64,000 nucleotides of DNA from Candidatus Moanibacter sp. (lineage in GTDB: Bacteria > Verrucomicrobiota > Verrucomicrobiia > Opitutales > UBA2987). Position numbers and translations under genes: made by a program. The notes beneath the pieces are model-generated. The model worked only from the letters and a program-made list of their open reading frames with translations. It was not told the DNA's origin and made no database searches. Below, one piece after another: positions 1-10,368 of this stretch. Position 1 is the stretch's first letter, and each line of letters begins with the position of its first letter. The DNA is taken from positions 64,001 through 128,000 of the forward strand of contig CBDCEW010000097.1 in assembly GCA_965215885.1 (NCBI GenBank), written 5' to 3'.

Positions 1-16
1 GCAACACTCCCTTCTC

Positions 17-1264
17 TTGCGGGACGACAAGATAGAGCGCATTGCGCCCACTTCCGAATTTGCCGACGTGGAGGCGGATACGGAGATCGACGCGAGTGGA
101 CAGCTGGTGCTTCCCGGTTTCATAAACACGCACACGCATTTTTACAGCGCGCTTTCACGAGGTCTGGGAAAGGTGCCCCCATCGAAGAATTTCGTCGAAG
201 TGCTGCAGAACCTCTGGTGGCGGCTGGACCGGCAATTGACACCGGAAGATTGCTACTACAGCGCCCTCGTCAGTTGCATCGACGCCATCAAGCATGGCAC
301 GACCACGTTGATCGACCACCATGCCAGCGAAGGCCATGTTCGCGGTACTCTCTGGGAGATCGAAAAGGCTGTCCTGGAGACGGGAGTTCGGGCCTCGCTC
401 TGTTTCGAACTAACAGATCGCGAAGGCTCTCAAATTGCGGAAGACGGTATTGCGGAAAATGTGGCGTTCATTGAGGAAAAACAGAGAGAAAATTCATCCC
501 GGATAAAGGCGCTATTCGGACTTCATGCAGCGTTTACGATTGAGGATGACACCCTCGCTCAGGCCGTTCAGAAAGGAGCGGAACTCGGCGCCGGTTTCCA
601 CATTCACACAGCGGAGGATCAGGCGGACCAGGACCACAGCATGAAGAAACATGGTATGAGGGTAGTCCAACGCCTCCATAAATTCGGGGTTCTCGGTCCG
701 CGGACGATTTGCGCCCACTGCATACACGTTGATGAGAATGAAAGAAACCTGCTCGCGGAGACCGACACCATAGGCGTTCACCTTCCGCAATCAAACATGA
801 ACAATGCCGTCGGGGTAGCGGATCTGGTCGGCCTCGTGAGCGAAGGGATTCTCTACGGATTGGGCACCGACTCGATGACTAACAATATGCTCGAGGAACT
901 GCGAGTCGCCCTCTGGGCCCAGCATCTTAGTAAAAACAATCCCAGTGTCGGTTTCACGGAGGTTGTCGACTCGCTTCTTGTGAATAATCAGAAGATCATT
1001 TCGCGTTATTGGAACGACGGAATCGGTGTGTTGAAGGAGGGATACAAGGCCGACATCGTGCTGATGGACTATGCCTCTCCCACACCGTTCAACGAAGATA
1101 CCTTCTACGGGCATATTGTCTTCGGTATTGCTCATTCCTCGGCGAGAACGACGATTGCCAATGGTCGCATCCTCATGCGCGACCACCAACTCGTCGACAT
1201 CGACGAGGAGAGAATCGCGGCCCGCGCCGCGGAGCTGGCCCAAGCGCTCTGGGATCGGTTTTAA
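17..1264 (+). CDS. ssnA: Putative aminohydrolase SsnA-type amidohydrolase (5' end probably lies outside the window)
   Basis: PGFINTHTH metal motif, HGTTTLIDHHAS, FGLHAAFT, HIHTAED, PQSNMNNAVG, LGTD. Confidence 0.8.
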   Translation: MRDDKIERIAPTSEFADVEADTEIDASGQLVLPGFINTHTHFYSALSRGLGKVPPSKNFVEVLQNLWWRLDRQLTPEDCYYSALVSCIDAIKHGTTTLIDHHASEGHVRGTLWEIEKAVLETGVRASLCFELTDREGSQIAEDGIAENVAFIEEKQRENSSRIKALFGLHAAFTIEDDTLAQAVQKGAELGAGFHIHTAEDQADQDHSMKKHGMRVVQRLHKFGVLGPRTICAHCIHVDENERNLLAETDTIGVHLPQSNMNNAVGVADLVGLVSEGILYGLGTDSMTNNMLEELRVALWAQHLSKNNPSVGFTEVVDSLLVNNQKIISRYWNDGIGVLKEGYKADIVLMDYASPTPFNEDTFYGHIVFGIAHSSARTTIANGRILMRDHQLVDIDEERIAARAAELAQALWDRF

Positions 1265-1284
1265 CCGAGAATTCTCACACACTC

Positions 1285-1410
1285 AACCAATCTTAATTGT
1301 AATCCTAATCGTCGTCGAAAGTCGAGAAGCACTACACGACCATTGACTACGACCTACGCACGTACCAATCTTTGTCGTCAGCTTTGTCGTTATCTTCGTC
1401 GCTTCAGCTT
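1285..1410. repeat. Degenerate short-period intergenic repeats (TCGTC/GACTAC-like)
   Basis: taattgtaatcctaatcgtcgtcg, gactacgacctacg, ctttgtcgtcagctttgtcgtt. Confidence 0.35.
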
Positions 1411-1817
1411 TCCTCCTTCATCGATCGATCACCGCTAGGAACAGTGGTATGGCTACTGCATCAGTGGGCTAACTCTCTGCGGTTTATTTTGCACCGGGGA
1501 CTTCCCAACGTCCCCCTCAATCGTGCCCTCCTGTCGACCTTCTTCTCCTTCGATCTCAGATCGCGACGAAAGATTCAAACAACGGTCCAGTCGATTTCTA
1601 ATGAGTTCTTGACTCAAAATGAGCCGGCAAATCTAATCAGCTGCGCATTGAAATCCGCAAATTGCACTTCCCGTGACGGCGAAAAGTAAATGGCATCCAC
1701 TCAAGCGCCTTTTTTCGAAAAAGAAGCCTTCGACTTTAGCGAACGAAGTGCAATAAGCTCAATAGAAACTGAACAGAAAGTCGCGAAGCAGGTTCTAAGC
1801 GACCACAGTTAGCCGCC

Positions 1818-2315
1818 ATGTCTGAACTTAAGCCACTACGAAAAGAGGCCATTCCGGCCGCTCTTGAGAGAGCCATGAGATACCGGCTTCTCAATGAATC
1901 CCGCGCCGCGGAAAGCATCTGCCTGGACATCCTTGAGGTCGAACCCGATAACCAGGACGCCCTTATCGCTCTCCTCCTCTCTCTCGCTGATCAGTTCGGC
2001 GAGGGGCATCCTGTCAGTAAGTCGAGAATTCAGGAAGTCCTGGACCGGTTTGACGATGAGTACGAGCGCTATTACTATTCCGGGATTGTATGTGAACGGC
2101 GTGCCCGGGCACAGCTCACGCACCCTTCTCCGGGATCCGCTTTTGATGCTTACGACTGGCTCCAGGAAGCCATGGATTTCTATGAACAGGTCGAGAAGAT
2201 TCGCCCCCCGGACAACGATGAAGCGATTCTTCGCTGGAACACCTGCGTCCGAATCATTCAGCGCGATAAACTCAAGCCGCGGCCCAAAGACGATTTCCAG
2301 CCAATGCTGGAGTGA
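1818..2315 (+). CDS. Conserved hypothetical helical/TPR-like protein
   Basis: 165-aa ORF with protein-like composition and TPR-like segments (AESICLDILEVEPDNQDA; AMDFYEQVEKIRPPDNDEAILRWN). Confidence 0.7.
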   Translation: MSELKPLRKEAIPAALERAMRYRLLNESRAAESICLDILEVEPDNQDALIALLLSLADQFGEGHPVSKSRIQEVLDRFDDEYERYYYSGIVCERRARAQLTHPSPGSAFDAYDWLQEAMDFYEQVEKIRPPDNDEAILRWNTCVRIIQRDKLKPRPKDDFQPMLE

Positions 2316-2582
2316 TTCCGTCTTCGTCATGGGAGAGACGGTATCCCAGTTCTTGCAACTCCAATCGATTCGAAGAATCCGTTCCGCCCTGTTTCACCGT
2401 GAGGGTAGGAAGCTCGCTCGCGAGCGATCCAAATTTATCGGTGTTCCCTTCGGCCGCAAGCGGCCTTCCTACGCCTGACGGTCTTTCAGATTCCTTTCCA
2501 CGATGACTCATCGTCCACTCCTTACAGCAATTCTCATACGATTCACTGTGTAAAGATCTCGATTCACGGTATCTTGTCCCAG

Positions 2583-3575
2583 ATGCCAAAACGCATTCTG
2601 AAATCGCTGCTTCGTATAGCGCTCGCTATTGGGGTATTCCTCTTGTTCGTATGGACAGTGCTGGCCCAGCCCACTCTCTGGAATAGCCATTCGGAACCAG
2701 CCGTCACGATAGATCCGACCCGACTCGAGACACATGTTCGAATGCTCTCCGAGACACTTCTGCCACGAAACTCGTCAAATATCGAGAATTTGGATAAAGC
2801 AGCAGCCTATATCGCGAGCCATTTCGAGCAGGCTCAGGCTGCTGTCTCCGAGCAGTATTATGAGATCCGAGGTCGAGGATATCGAAACGTAATCGCTCAC
2901 TTTGGCCCTGATAGCGGCGAACGGATAATTGTCGGCGCGCACTACGATGCCGCCTTTGAATTCCCGGGAGCCGACGACAACGCCAGCGGTGTCGCCGGGT
3001 TGATAGAACTGGCCTACCTCCTGAAGGACAAGGACCTGCCCACACCGGTCGACTTGATTGCCTTTACCCTGGAAGAGCCACCCTACTTTTCCGGTCCTAA
3101 TATGGGAAGTGCTGTCCATGCGAAGTCGCTCTTGGACCAAAACATACGAGTGCGATTAATGGTTTCCCTCGAAATGATCGGTTTTTACACTGAGTCGAAG
3201 AAGAGCCAGGAGTATCCAATGCCGATCTTACAGATCCTATATCCATCGAGAGGAAATTTCATCGGAATCATAGGGCAACTCGGTGAATGGTCATTGGTGT
3301 CGACATTTAAAAAGGCGATGCAGGCCGCATCACCACTGCCCGTTCACTCGATCAATGCTCCAAGCTATGTCCCAGGAATCGATTTTTCGGACCATAGAAA
3401 CTATTGGGAAGCAGGTTATCCCGCCATAATGGTCTCTGATACTTCCTTTTTCAGAAACGGTAACTATCATACCGCGAACGATACGCCCGATACCCTGGAC
3501 TACGAACGGATGGCCATGGCAGTGAAAGGCGTTTATAATGCGATTCTTGCAATAGCGCGGCTCGATGATAGCTAG
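2583..3575 (+). CDS. M28 family metallopeptidase with N-terminal membrane anchor
   Basis: VGAHYD, PGADDNASG, LEEPP, SDHRNYW and YHT motifs; the stop codon lies in the CTAG at the MITE boundary. Confidence 0.88.
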   Translation: MPKRILKSLLRIALAIGVFLLFVWTVLAQPTLWNSHSEPAVTIDPTRLETHVRMLSETLLPRNSSNIENLDKAAAYIASHFEQAQAAVSEQYYEIRGRGYRNVIAHFGPDSGERIIVGAHYDAAFEFPGADDNASGVAGLIELAYLLKDKDLPTPVDLIAFTLEEPPYFSGPNMGSAVHAKSLLDQNIRVRLMVSLEMIGFYTESKKSQEYPMPILQILYPSRGNFIGIIGQLGEWSLVSTFKKAMQAASPLPVHSINAPSYVPGIDFSDHRNYWEAGYPAIMVSDTSFFRNGNYHTANDTPDTLDYERMAMAVKGVYNAILAIARLDDS

Positions 3576-3753
3576 CCCGAACATTTCACAAACCATCTGC
3601 TGCGACTGCGGATCTCACTGCGCCTCAAAGCCTTCCCTTGCCCGGCGACCTCAGAGGGTTTCAACACGCTGTCACCCGCCGGACTGCGAAAAGGCCTTGA
3701 TCCGCAGCAAGCTACGCATTCTCGCTACGATGTGTGTGAAATGTCCGGGCTAG
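3572..3753. mobile_element. MITE with CTAG-bounded terminal inverted repeats (copy 1)
   Basis: ctagcccgaacatttcaca ... tgtgaaatgtccgggctag; related copy at 50989-51151. Confidence 0.8.
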
Positions 3754-4014
3754 ATCGACCACAAAGAATCATGGAATAAATAGCTTCCCGTCCCCGACGC
3801 GGTAATTCATAATCACAATTGGAATGCATTGTGTGAATTTGAGTTTAATAGGCATTTGGCCGGAACAGTATTTTAACAGTATTGTCATCCGGCTATTGGG
3901 GTTATGTTTAATTTGGTACTGTATAGATATTCTAGAGGAGGAGGACGAAGTATAGGATATCAGGGGCAAGAGGGAATAGACCTCGGCCGATTCTAAAACC
4001 GAGGGTGAAACGGC

Positions 4015-5097
4015 ATGCTACTTCAGGAGTCGACAAAATCTAACGGGGCAGAGGCCCGGGAAAAGGGGCAGGAGGCGGCTTTCGCCAGGCTCGTGCATCG
4101 GATAAATCGCGATCTCGTTGTCCACAAGCCCTGGATATACTGGACCGATTTATCCATTACAGTGACGGTGGCTCTTACCTTTCTGCTGGTGAGCGTTCGG
4201 TCTCCCGCAGGAAGCGTGCAACAGATTCTTGCGCTCGTCGCCGCCGGCTTCGCCTTTTACCGCGCTTCCATCTTCACGCACGAAATCACCCACATGCCCC
4301 ACGGTTCGTTTCGCACTTTTCGGGTGGTTTGGAATCTGTTCATCGGCATACCCCTAATGACTCCTACATTCCTTTACTGGGACCACAAGTCGCATCACGT
4401 CAATCATTCATACGGCACCAGCACGGATGGAGAGTACTTCCCAATGGGACTCGGTCCGGTGGAACTCATTTATGTTTATCTGGCCCATATCATTCTGGTT
4501 CCCGCCGCAGCCATTTTACGGTTCGTTCTATTGACGCCCCTGTCTTTGTTGCATCCAGGTCTTCGGCGCTTCGTCTGCCAACGGATGTCTTCCATCGCCA
4601 CCATGAATCCGCGCTACCAGCGGCCTTTGCCCCGCAGTCGAGATCGCATCTGGTGGGGATTGCAGGAAGCAGGGTGTTGCCTGTTCGGCTGGGGCCTCGT
4701 TGCTCTCACCGCCTTCGGCACAATAAAGTGGCATGGATGGGTGTGCGTCTACGTCATTTTCGTCATTGTCGCGACCTTAAATTACATCCGGCAACTCGGT
4801 GCGCACCGATACTTGGGCGAGGGGGAGCAAATGACCTATCGCGAGCAAATGCTTGATTCCACGACAATCGCCACCAATCCCATCAGCGGAGAATTGTGGG
4901 CGCCGTTAGGTATGCGTTATCACGCCCTGCACCATCTGTTGCCGTCCCTTCCCTATCACTCCATGGGCACGGCCCACCGGCGCCTCATGAGTCGCTTACC
5001 GGAGGATTCCCCTTATCGCCTCACTATTCGGCCCAGTCTGTGGGCGGCCATCGCGGATGTCATCCGTAATGCGGGAAAAGAGAAAAAGCACGATTAA
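4015..5097 (+). CDS. Membrane fatty acid desaturase family protein
   Basis: His boxes HEITH, HKSHH, YHALHH and multiple TM segments. Confidence 0.88.
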   Translation: MLLQESTKSNGAEAREKGQEAAFARLVHRINRDLVVHKPWIYWTDLSITVTVALTFLLVSVRSPAGSVQQILALVAAGFAFYRASIFTHEITHMPHGSFRTFRVVWNLFIGIPLMTPTFLYWDHKSHHVNHSYGTSTDGEYFPMGLGPVELIYVYLAHIILVPAAAILRFVLLTPLSLLHPGLRRFVCQRMSSIATMNPRYQRPLPRSRDRIWWGLQEAGCCLFGWGLVALTAFGTIKWHGWVCVYVIFVIVATLNYIRQLGAHRYLGEGEQMTYREQMLDSTTIATNPISGELWAPLGMRYHALHHLLPSLPYHSMGTAHRRLMSRLPEDSPYRLTIRPSLWAAIADVIRNAGKEKKHD

Positions 5098-5099
5098 CT

Positions 5100-7100
5100 A
5101 TGTGTGGCATCGTTGGTTTTACCGGACATAACCTGGGCCGGGCACGCCTTGGGAGAGCGGTTCGCTCTCTTCATCATCGGGGACCGGATGGTTTTGGAAT
5201 CTATATCGATCCTGTCGAAAGCGCCGGACTGGGCCATGCACGCCTTTCGATCATCGACCCGAAAAATGGGGCTCAGCCCCTTTTCGCCCGAGACGGGGAG
5301 TTGGTGTTGGTGTGTAACGGTGAGATCTATGAATTCGAACGCCTGAGTGATGAACTGAAGAAACTCGGGCATGAATTCTACACCAAAAGCGATTCTGAGG
5401 TGATTTTGCATCTCTACAGCGAATACGGGATGGATTTTGTCCACTATCTTCGCGGAGAGTTTTCCTTCCTGCTATTGGACAAGTGTAAATGCAGAATGAT
5501 CGCCGTGAACGACCGCTTCGGGATAAAGCCGCTCTTTTTCCACGAAGAGGACGGGAATTTCGTATTCGCGTCTGAAGCCAAAGCGATATTTGCGACGGGA
5601 TGCCTTTTGCCAAAGATTGATGTCGTCGCGGTGCGCGATTTTCTGAGCGGGGTGATTCCGGACTCTCTTTTCGAAGGCATTCAGGTGGTTTCGCCAGGAT
5701 GCTTCCTGAATGTCGACCTCGAGACAGGTGAGCATGAGATGCAACGGTATTGGGATCTGGATCTACCCACGGAGGAGAAACAGCAGAGCGACCCGGGGCC
5801 TGGAATCGAAGAGAACGCGACGGTTGTTCGAACGGCTGTCGATCGGGCAGTTAAACTGCGATTGCGGGCCGACGTTCCGGTGGGTGTATATCTGAGCGGT
5901 GGAGTGGATTCCTCGGTGATTGCGGCGTCGATGGCGAGACAACACCCCGAGGCGATCAAAGCGTTTACGATTGCATTTTCCGATGATGAGAACTTCAACG
6001 AACTCAAAACCGCGGAACGGATGGCTGAAAAGATAGGAGCGGAACTGCACTCCGTCTCCTGTGACCACCAGTCGATGCTGGACCATGCGGAAGATTGCCT
6101 GTGGGTTGCTGAACTTCCGTTTCATAATCTCCACTGTATTGGGAAGTTCCTCCTCTCCCGCCTCGCCCGAGAGCACGTGAAAGTCGTCCTGACTGGCGAA
6201 GGGGCCGACGAGACCTTTCTCGGATACATCTGTTTCCAGCCGGAGAAGGGAGCGATAACGGATCAGATGGGCAACAGACTGAAATCAAAAAAGTTCCTCC
6301 GGAGGTCTCACATTCGAAAGATTCTCGCCGCCATCGGATTCGTGCCGCTACACGAGCACGCTGAGCTCTTCTCTGCTCTCCACCAGAGGGTAATTAACCA
6401 CGTCTTTCACGCGGATTGGCGATCCAACCTTGTCGAAAGCCATCCCTTGACCCGGTTAATGCGTCGGCTCAGGCCCGCCCAGACCGTAAATCGATCATCC
6501 GCGCGCAAGATCCAGTATTTCTGGATCAAGTCGATGCTGGCGACTTATAACCTTACGATTATTGGGGATCGTCAGGAGATGGCACACTCCATCGAAGGAC
6601 GCCCGCCCTTCCTTGACCACAGGCTCTTTGAGCGGATGCGCGGGATTCCGGACGATCAGAAAATACATAATGGTATTGAAAAAGCGGTATTGCGAGAAGC
6701 GTTCAAAGAAGAGATTACGGAGGAAGTCTACAGCAACAAGAAATGGCCATTTTCCGCGCCTCCCCTCTGGCTGAAAAAAGGGCTCTATCCGAAGCTTGAC
6801 CGACTCCTGGATCGCTATCTTTCGAAAGAGGCAATTGCGAAGAGCGGAATCTTTGATTACCGAATGGTCCGCGGGCTTCGCTTCATCGAGCGACTCCTGT
6901 TCTTTGACTCTAAGCTAAAGCGCCGGCTGAACGAACTGTTTACCATTGTTCTGACCGTACAGATGCTTGAGCAATTGTACGTGCAAAATTTCGCGCTCAA
7001 CTCAGAGAGCCGCCAAGCTGATAATTTGCCGCCCATACGTGAAATGACACCGGAAGACTTCGGATCCACGCGAACGGCGGATGAACCTGTCGCGGTGTAG
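5100..7100 (+). CDS. asnB: Asparagine synthase (glutamine-hydrolysing) family amidotransferase
   Basis: N-terminal MCGI, HRGPD, NGEIY, DRFGIKPL, LSGGVDSS, GEGADE, R-PFLD. Confidence 0.88.
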   Translation: MCGIVGFTGHNLGRARLGRAVRSLHHRGPDGFGIYIDPVESAGLGHARLSIIDPKNGAQPLFARDGELVLVCNGEIYEFERLSDELKKLGHEFYTKSDSEVILHLYSEYGMDFVHYLRGEFSFLLLDKCKCRMIAVNDRFGIKPLFFHEEDGNFVFASEAKAIFATGCLLPKIDVVAVRDFLSGVIPDSLFEGIQVVSPGCFLNVDLETGEHEMQRYWDLDLPTEEKQQSDPGPGIEENATVVRTAVDRAVKLRLRADVPVGVYLSGGVDSSVIAASMARQHPEAIKAFTIAFSDDENFNELKTAERMAEKIGAELHSVSCDHQSMLDHAEDCLWVAELPFHNLHCIGKFLLSRLAREHVKVVLTGEGADETFLGYICFQPEKGAITDQMGNRLKSKKFLRRSHIRKILAAIGFVPLHEHAELFSALHQRVINHVFHADWRSNLVESHPLTRLMRRLRPAQTVNRSSARKIQYFWIKSMLATYNLTIIGDRQEMAHSIEGRPPFLDHRLFERMRGIPDDQKIHNGIEKAVLREAFKEEITEEVYSNKKWPFSAPPLWLKKGLYPKLDRLLDRYLSKEAIAKSGIFDYRMVRGLRFIERLLFFDSKLKRRLNELFTIVLTVQMLEQLYVQNFALNSESRQADNLPPIREMTPEDFGSTRTADEPVAV

Positions 7101-7136
7101 GCCAATGGTCCATGGTCTTATGCCGGGCTGGAATTA

Positions 7137-8522
7137 ATGCCTGCGGTTGGGACACAATTGAATCGAAACCCCTGGTGGATTCCCCGCCTGCTGTTTGGTT
7201 TAGCGCCCGAGGTTGAACGCCGCAAGTTGACGCTCCTCGGCTGTGTCGCCATCGCCATGTTTTACGAGAATTACGACCTCTCCCTCTTGAACACTTCGCT
7301 CAAGCACATCGCCGAGTCTCTCCGCGTGGAAGAGACGAATCTTGGATATTTTGTCGCCAGTATCCGGTTTGCCGGGCTCTTCGGATTGCTCCTCATTCCC
7401 GCTGCCGACTTGATCGGCCGTCGACGACTTTTCCTCATATCGGTCATCGGAATGAGCCTAGGCACAGCCCTGACAGGAGTCAGCCAGAGCCCTGAGCAGT
7501 TCGTGCTCCTGCAGATGGCAACGCGCGGATTCATGATCACGGCGTGCGCCATGGCAGTGGTGATCCTGGTGGAGGAGTTTCCCGCGGAACACAGGGGTTG
7601 GGCTATAGGAATGCTCGGCACCGCCTCCGTGGTGGGTCATGGCGCTGGGACGCTACTTTTTGCCTGCATTGATGCGATGCCCTTCGGATGGAGAACACTC
7701 TATCTCCTGGGTTTCATTCCGATAATAAGGTTGCCGATGTTCAGGCGGGGGATCTATGAACCGGAGAGGTTCCAACGCTACCAGCGCGATGATCTCGGAA
7801 ATCGTTCTCTCGGATACTCCTTTACTTCCTGGCTTCGTCCTTATGGCAATCTTATACGGCGGTTCCCGCTTGGCTTCGCCCTCATGGCCGGGGTTGTCAC
7901 GTTGGCCTACGGTGGCTTCGCCGTCGTGTTCAGCTTCATTGGATATTTTGTGCTTGTCTATCGAGGATTGGAACCCTGGCAATTTGCCGCCCTGTTAATC
8001 CTCTCCGGTTCCTTATCCATACCGGGAGCAAGCTTCAGTGGTCGTATGTGCGATCGCTATGGCAGGCGACCGGTTGGCTGTTTCTCACTGATTACTTTCG
8101 CCGTTTGCACCTGGGTCTTTTTCCGGGGTACCGAATGGGCAATGTATGCAGTTGCTGTACCCATGATGTACTCGGCGATCTCTGGATACGTCGTAATCAT
8201 GGCCCTTTCATCGGAACTGTTCCCCACCCCATTGCGAGGAACATCGTCGGGATTGGTAATGCTCCTGGGAGCCACTGGTTCGGGTATCGCCCTGTCGTTG
8301 GTGGGCGCCTTGACCGTGGCTCCGGGTGACATTATTATCTATGTCCCAATTCTCGCGCTTTCGACCGTCTTGAGTGCATCTTTGATGCACTATCTACCAG
8401 AAACGAAAACTCGCGAACTCGAGGAAATCTCATGGCAAAAGACGACACCAAAGGCTAACCGGAATTCGGGCTCGCGCGTGGATGAGGCGCTTGCAGCTGG
8501 CGATGCGAAAATTGAGATCTGA
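7137..8522 (+). CDS. MFS transporter
   Basis: About 12 TM segments; DLIGRR and DRYGRR motif A; EEFPAEHRG; ELFPTPLRG; PETK. Confidence 0.9.
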   Translation: MPAVGTQLNRNPWWIPRLLFGLAPEVERRKLTLLGCVAIAMFYENYDLSLLNTSLKHIAESLRVEETNLGYFVASIRFAGLFGLLLIPAADLIGRRRLFLISVIGMSLGTALTGVSQSPEQFVLLQMATRGFMITACAMAVVILVEEFPAEHRGWAIGMLGTASVVGHGAGTLLFACIDAMPFGWRTLYLLGFIPIIRLPMFRRGIYEPERFQRYQRDDLGNRSLGYSFTSWLRPYGNLIRRFPLGFALMAGVVTLAYGGFAVVFSFIGYFVLVYRGLEPWQFAALLILSGSLSIPGASFSGRMCDRYGRRPVGCFSLITFAVCTWVFFRGTEWAMYAVAVPMMYSAISGYVVIMALSSELFPTPLRGTSSGLVMLLGATGSGIALSLVGALTVAPGDIIIYVPILALSTVLSASLMHYLPETKTRELEEISWQKTTPKANRNSGSRVDEALAAGDAKIEI

Positions 8523-8605
8523 CTACCTCACCCTCGGTATTCGGAGGCCGACTCGCGTCGCTGACCTTTGTTGTTAGACAGAATTAACAGTATGCTCGAG
8601 GAAAT

Positions 8606-8737
8606 CAGTGATCGGGTACAAGCCACAACTGGTTCGCAGCGAAAACGGTTTTGTCACCAGCCTGATCGTACCGCAAGGCAACGCGGCAGACTCCATTGAG
8701 CTGGCGCCGGCCATCGGCGATTCGATCAAGCGCACCG
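8606..8737 (+). mobile_element. 132-bp internal fragment of the transposase at 26819-28369
   Basis: Matches 27888-28019 base for base by eye; no IS ends present. Confidence 0.85.
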
Positions 8738-9337
8738 ATGATGGAGAATTCACGAATCTATATTACTCGAATTTTCGCTGTTTCATTGGTCGTATTAATC
8801 TTGGTGTCCAGCAGTGGATGGGAAGACAAAGCTAGTTTTGTAAGCACAGCTCTGTTTTTTGTTGGTACGGTTTTAGCAGGAATCGCTTCTTTGGGACGAT
8901 TATGGTGCTCTCTCTATATTGCAGGTTATAAGACGGATAGATTGATCACGGAAGGGCCATATTCCATGTGCAGGAATCCCCTCTATTTTTTCAGCTTTTT
9001 AGGGGCACTCGGTCTAGGCTTCGTTTCCAAGACTATTCTTATTCCACTAATCATCATAGTAGCCTTCGCGATATATTATCCGTTAGTTATCAAAAGTGAA
9101 GAAGAGGAATTAGGAAGAATACATAAAAAGGAATATGAAGTGTATCTCGATAAAGTGCCGGGCTTTTTTCCAAAACTATCGTTTCTGACGGAACCCGATG
9201 AATATATCGTAAAACCTCTACTGTTTAAAAAGCACATATTCGACAATCTCTGGTTTATCTGGTTCATCGGGATTATAGAGGTTATCGACGGGCTGCATAA
9301 ACTGAACGTTCTTCCCACTATATGCAAAATCTTCTGA
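8738..9337 (+). CDS. Isoprenylcysteine carboxyl methyltransferase / PEMT family membrane protein
   Basis: LITEGPYSMCRNPLY and EEEEL..YEVYLDKVP motifs; lower GC than the flanks. Confidence 0.85.
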   Translation: MMENSRIYITRIFAVSLVVLILVSSSGWEDKASFVSTALFFVGTVLAGIASLGRLWCSLYIAGYKTDRLITEGPYSMCRNPLYFFSFLGALGLGFVSKTILIPLIIIVAFAIYYPLVIKSEEEELGRIHKKEYEVYLDKVPGFFPKLSFLTEPDEYIVKPLLFKKHIFDNLWFIWFIGIIEVIDGLHKLNVLPTICKIF

Positions 9338-9647
9338 CTGGTTCACACTCGCAATGATTTCGACCGCCTCGCCTCTACAATCGAGACGATGGGCTTTCGG
9401 GCTGTCTTGGCAAAACTCGTTATGGACCAGATTGGCCTGGCGCGCGAGACCGGAGTTATCGATCGGGGAATGCTTGAAACAGAAGGAAAGTCGTTAATGG
9501 AAGCAGTGGCGGCGCTTTCGAAAGGCGAAAGCGGTCAAATTCAATGCCTTAATTTGCTGGGCCGATTATTTTGGCCCTACAACCTGGGCACGAGTCAAGT
9601 CATCATACCAGTTACAAAGTAACAGCTGCGATTCCTGAGGTGAGCAA

Positions 9648-9983
9648 TCATACCGACACCAGGAAAAATCCGGCCATGATCGTACCCAATACTGCAGTTC
9701 CGTAACAGGCGAACGCAAGTATGCCAGCCAAATTTTTTAAACCCAAATCGGCAAGCGCATACCTGAAGCGGTGTGCCCAGTGAAAGAAAGACAACGAAAT
9801 CAGCACGAACAGGCACACCCGTGTAAACGAATGTGCGATCAGCTGGCGCAAGCCCTCCGCCTCAATCCAACCCGCCGGGACAACAATGCTGGTCAGGACG
9901 ATGGTAACCGGAATCAAGAATGCAGTGACGACGCCTCCAGCTGAAAAGAGCGACCACAATATCGGTTCGTTGGATCTGGCCAT
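9648..9983 (-). CDS. frdD: Fumarate reductase membrane anchor subunit D
   Basis: RSNEPILWSLFSAGG and HWAHR motifs; last gene of the frd operon. Confidence 0.88.
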   Translation of the reverse strand: MARSNEPILWSLFSAGGVVTAFLIPVTIVLTSIVVPAGWIEAEGLRQLIAHSFTRVCLFVLISLSFFHWAHRFRYALADLGLKNLAGILAFACYGTAVLGTIMAGFFLVSV

Positions 9984-9988
9984 GTCTT

Positions 9989-10366
9989 TTACCTATGAAG
10001 AAACGCGATCCACATAATGACGATTGAGACACCTGCCCATATGACGTAGTTGGCGCCGGCAATCAGGAGCGGGCTGACCCGTTCCTCACCCCGCCAGAGA
10101 ACCATCACTTTCGGCGTCAAGTTTATCCATGTGATGCTGTGATACAAGACCATCGGTAGCGCAATGATCTGCAGGGCGATCAGCAGCGGAGAGTGTAACA
10201 ATGCGGCGAACGCCTGGGGATCGTCATGCCGCATCGCCAGCATCAGCAGGAAAAGCGCGTAGCCGCCGACAAACACGCATGTCAGTTCACGGACCATGAA
10301 CAGAAAATACGTCTTCTTCTTCAACCACCAGTTGGCTGGCATGGACTGAGTGTACTCCTTGCTCAT
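9989..10366 (-). CDS. frdC: Fumarate reductase membrane anchor subunit C
   Basis: M-ANWWLKK-YF-FMVRELT and HSITW-NL-PK; start at MSKEY just after the frdB stop. Confidence 0.88.
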   Translation of the reverse strand: MSKEYTQSMPANWWLKKKTYFLFMVRELTCVFVGGYALFLLMLAMRHDDPQAFAALLHSPLLIALQIIALPMVLYHSITWINLTPKVMVLWRGEERVSPLLIAGANYVIWAGVSIVIMWIAFLHR

Positions 10367-10368
10367 CT

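Noticed and set aside
3769..3969. Small ORF as a lasso/RiPP precursor for the AsnB-like enzyme
   Set aside because: Opposite strand, no leader features and no B protein; the AsnB keeps its glutaminase Cys
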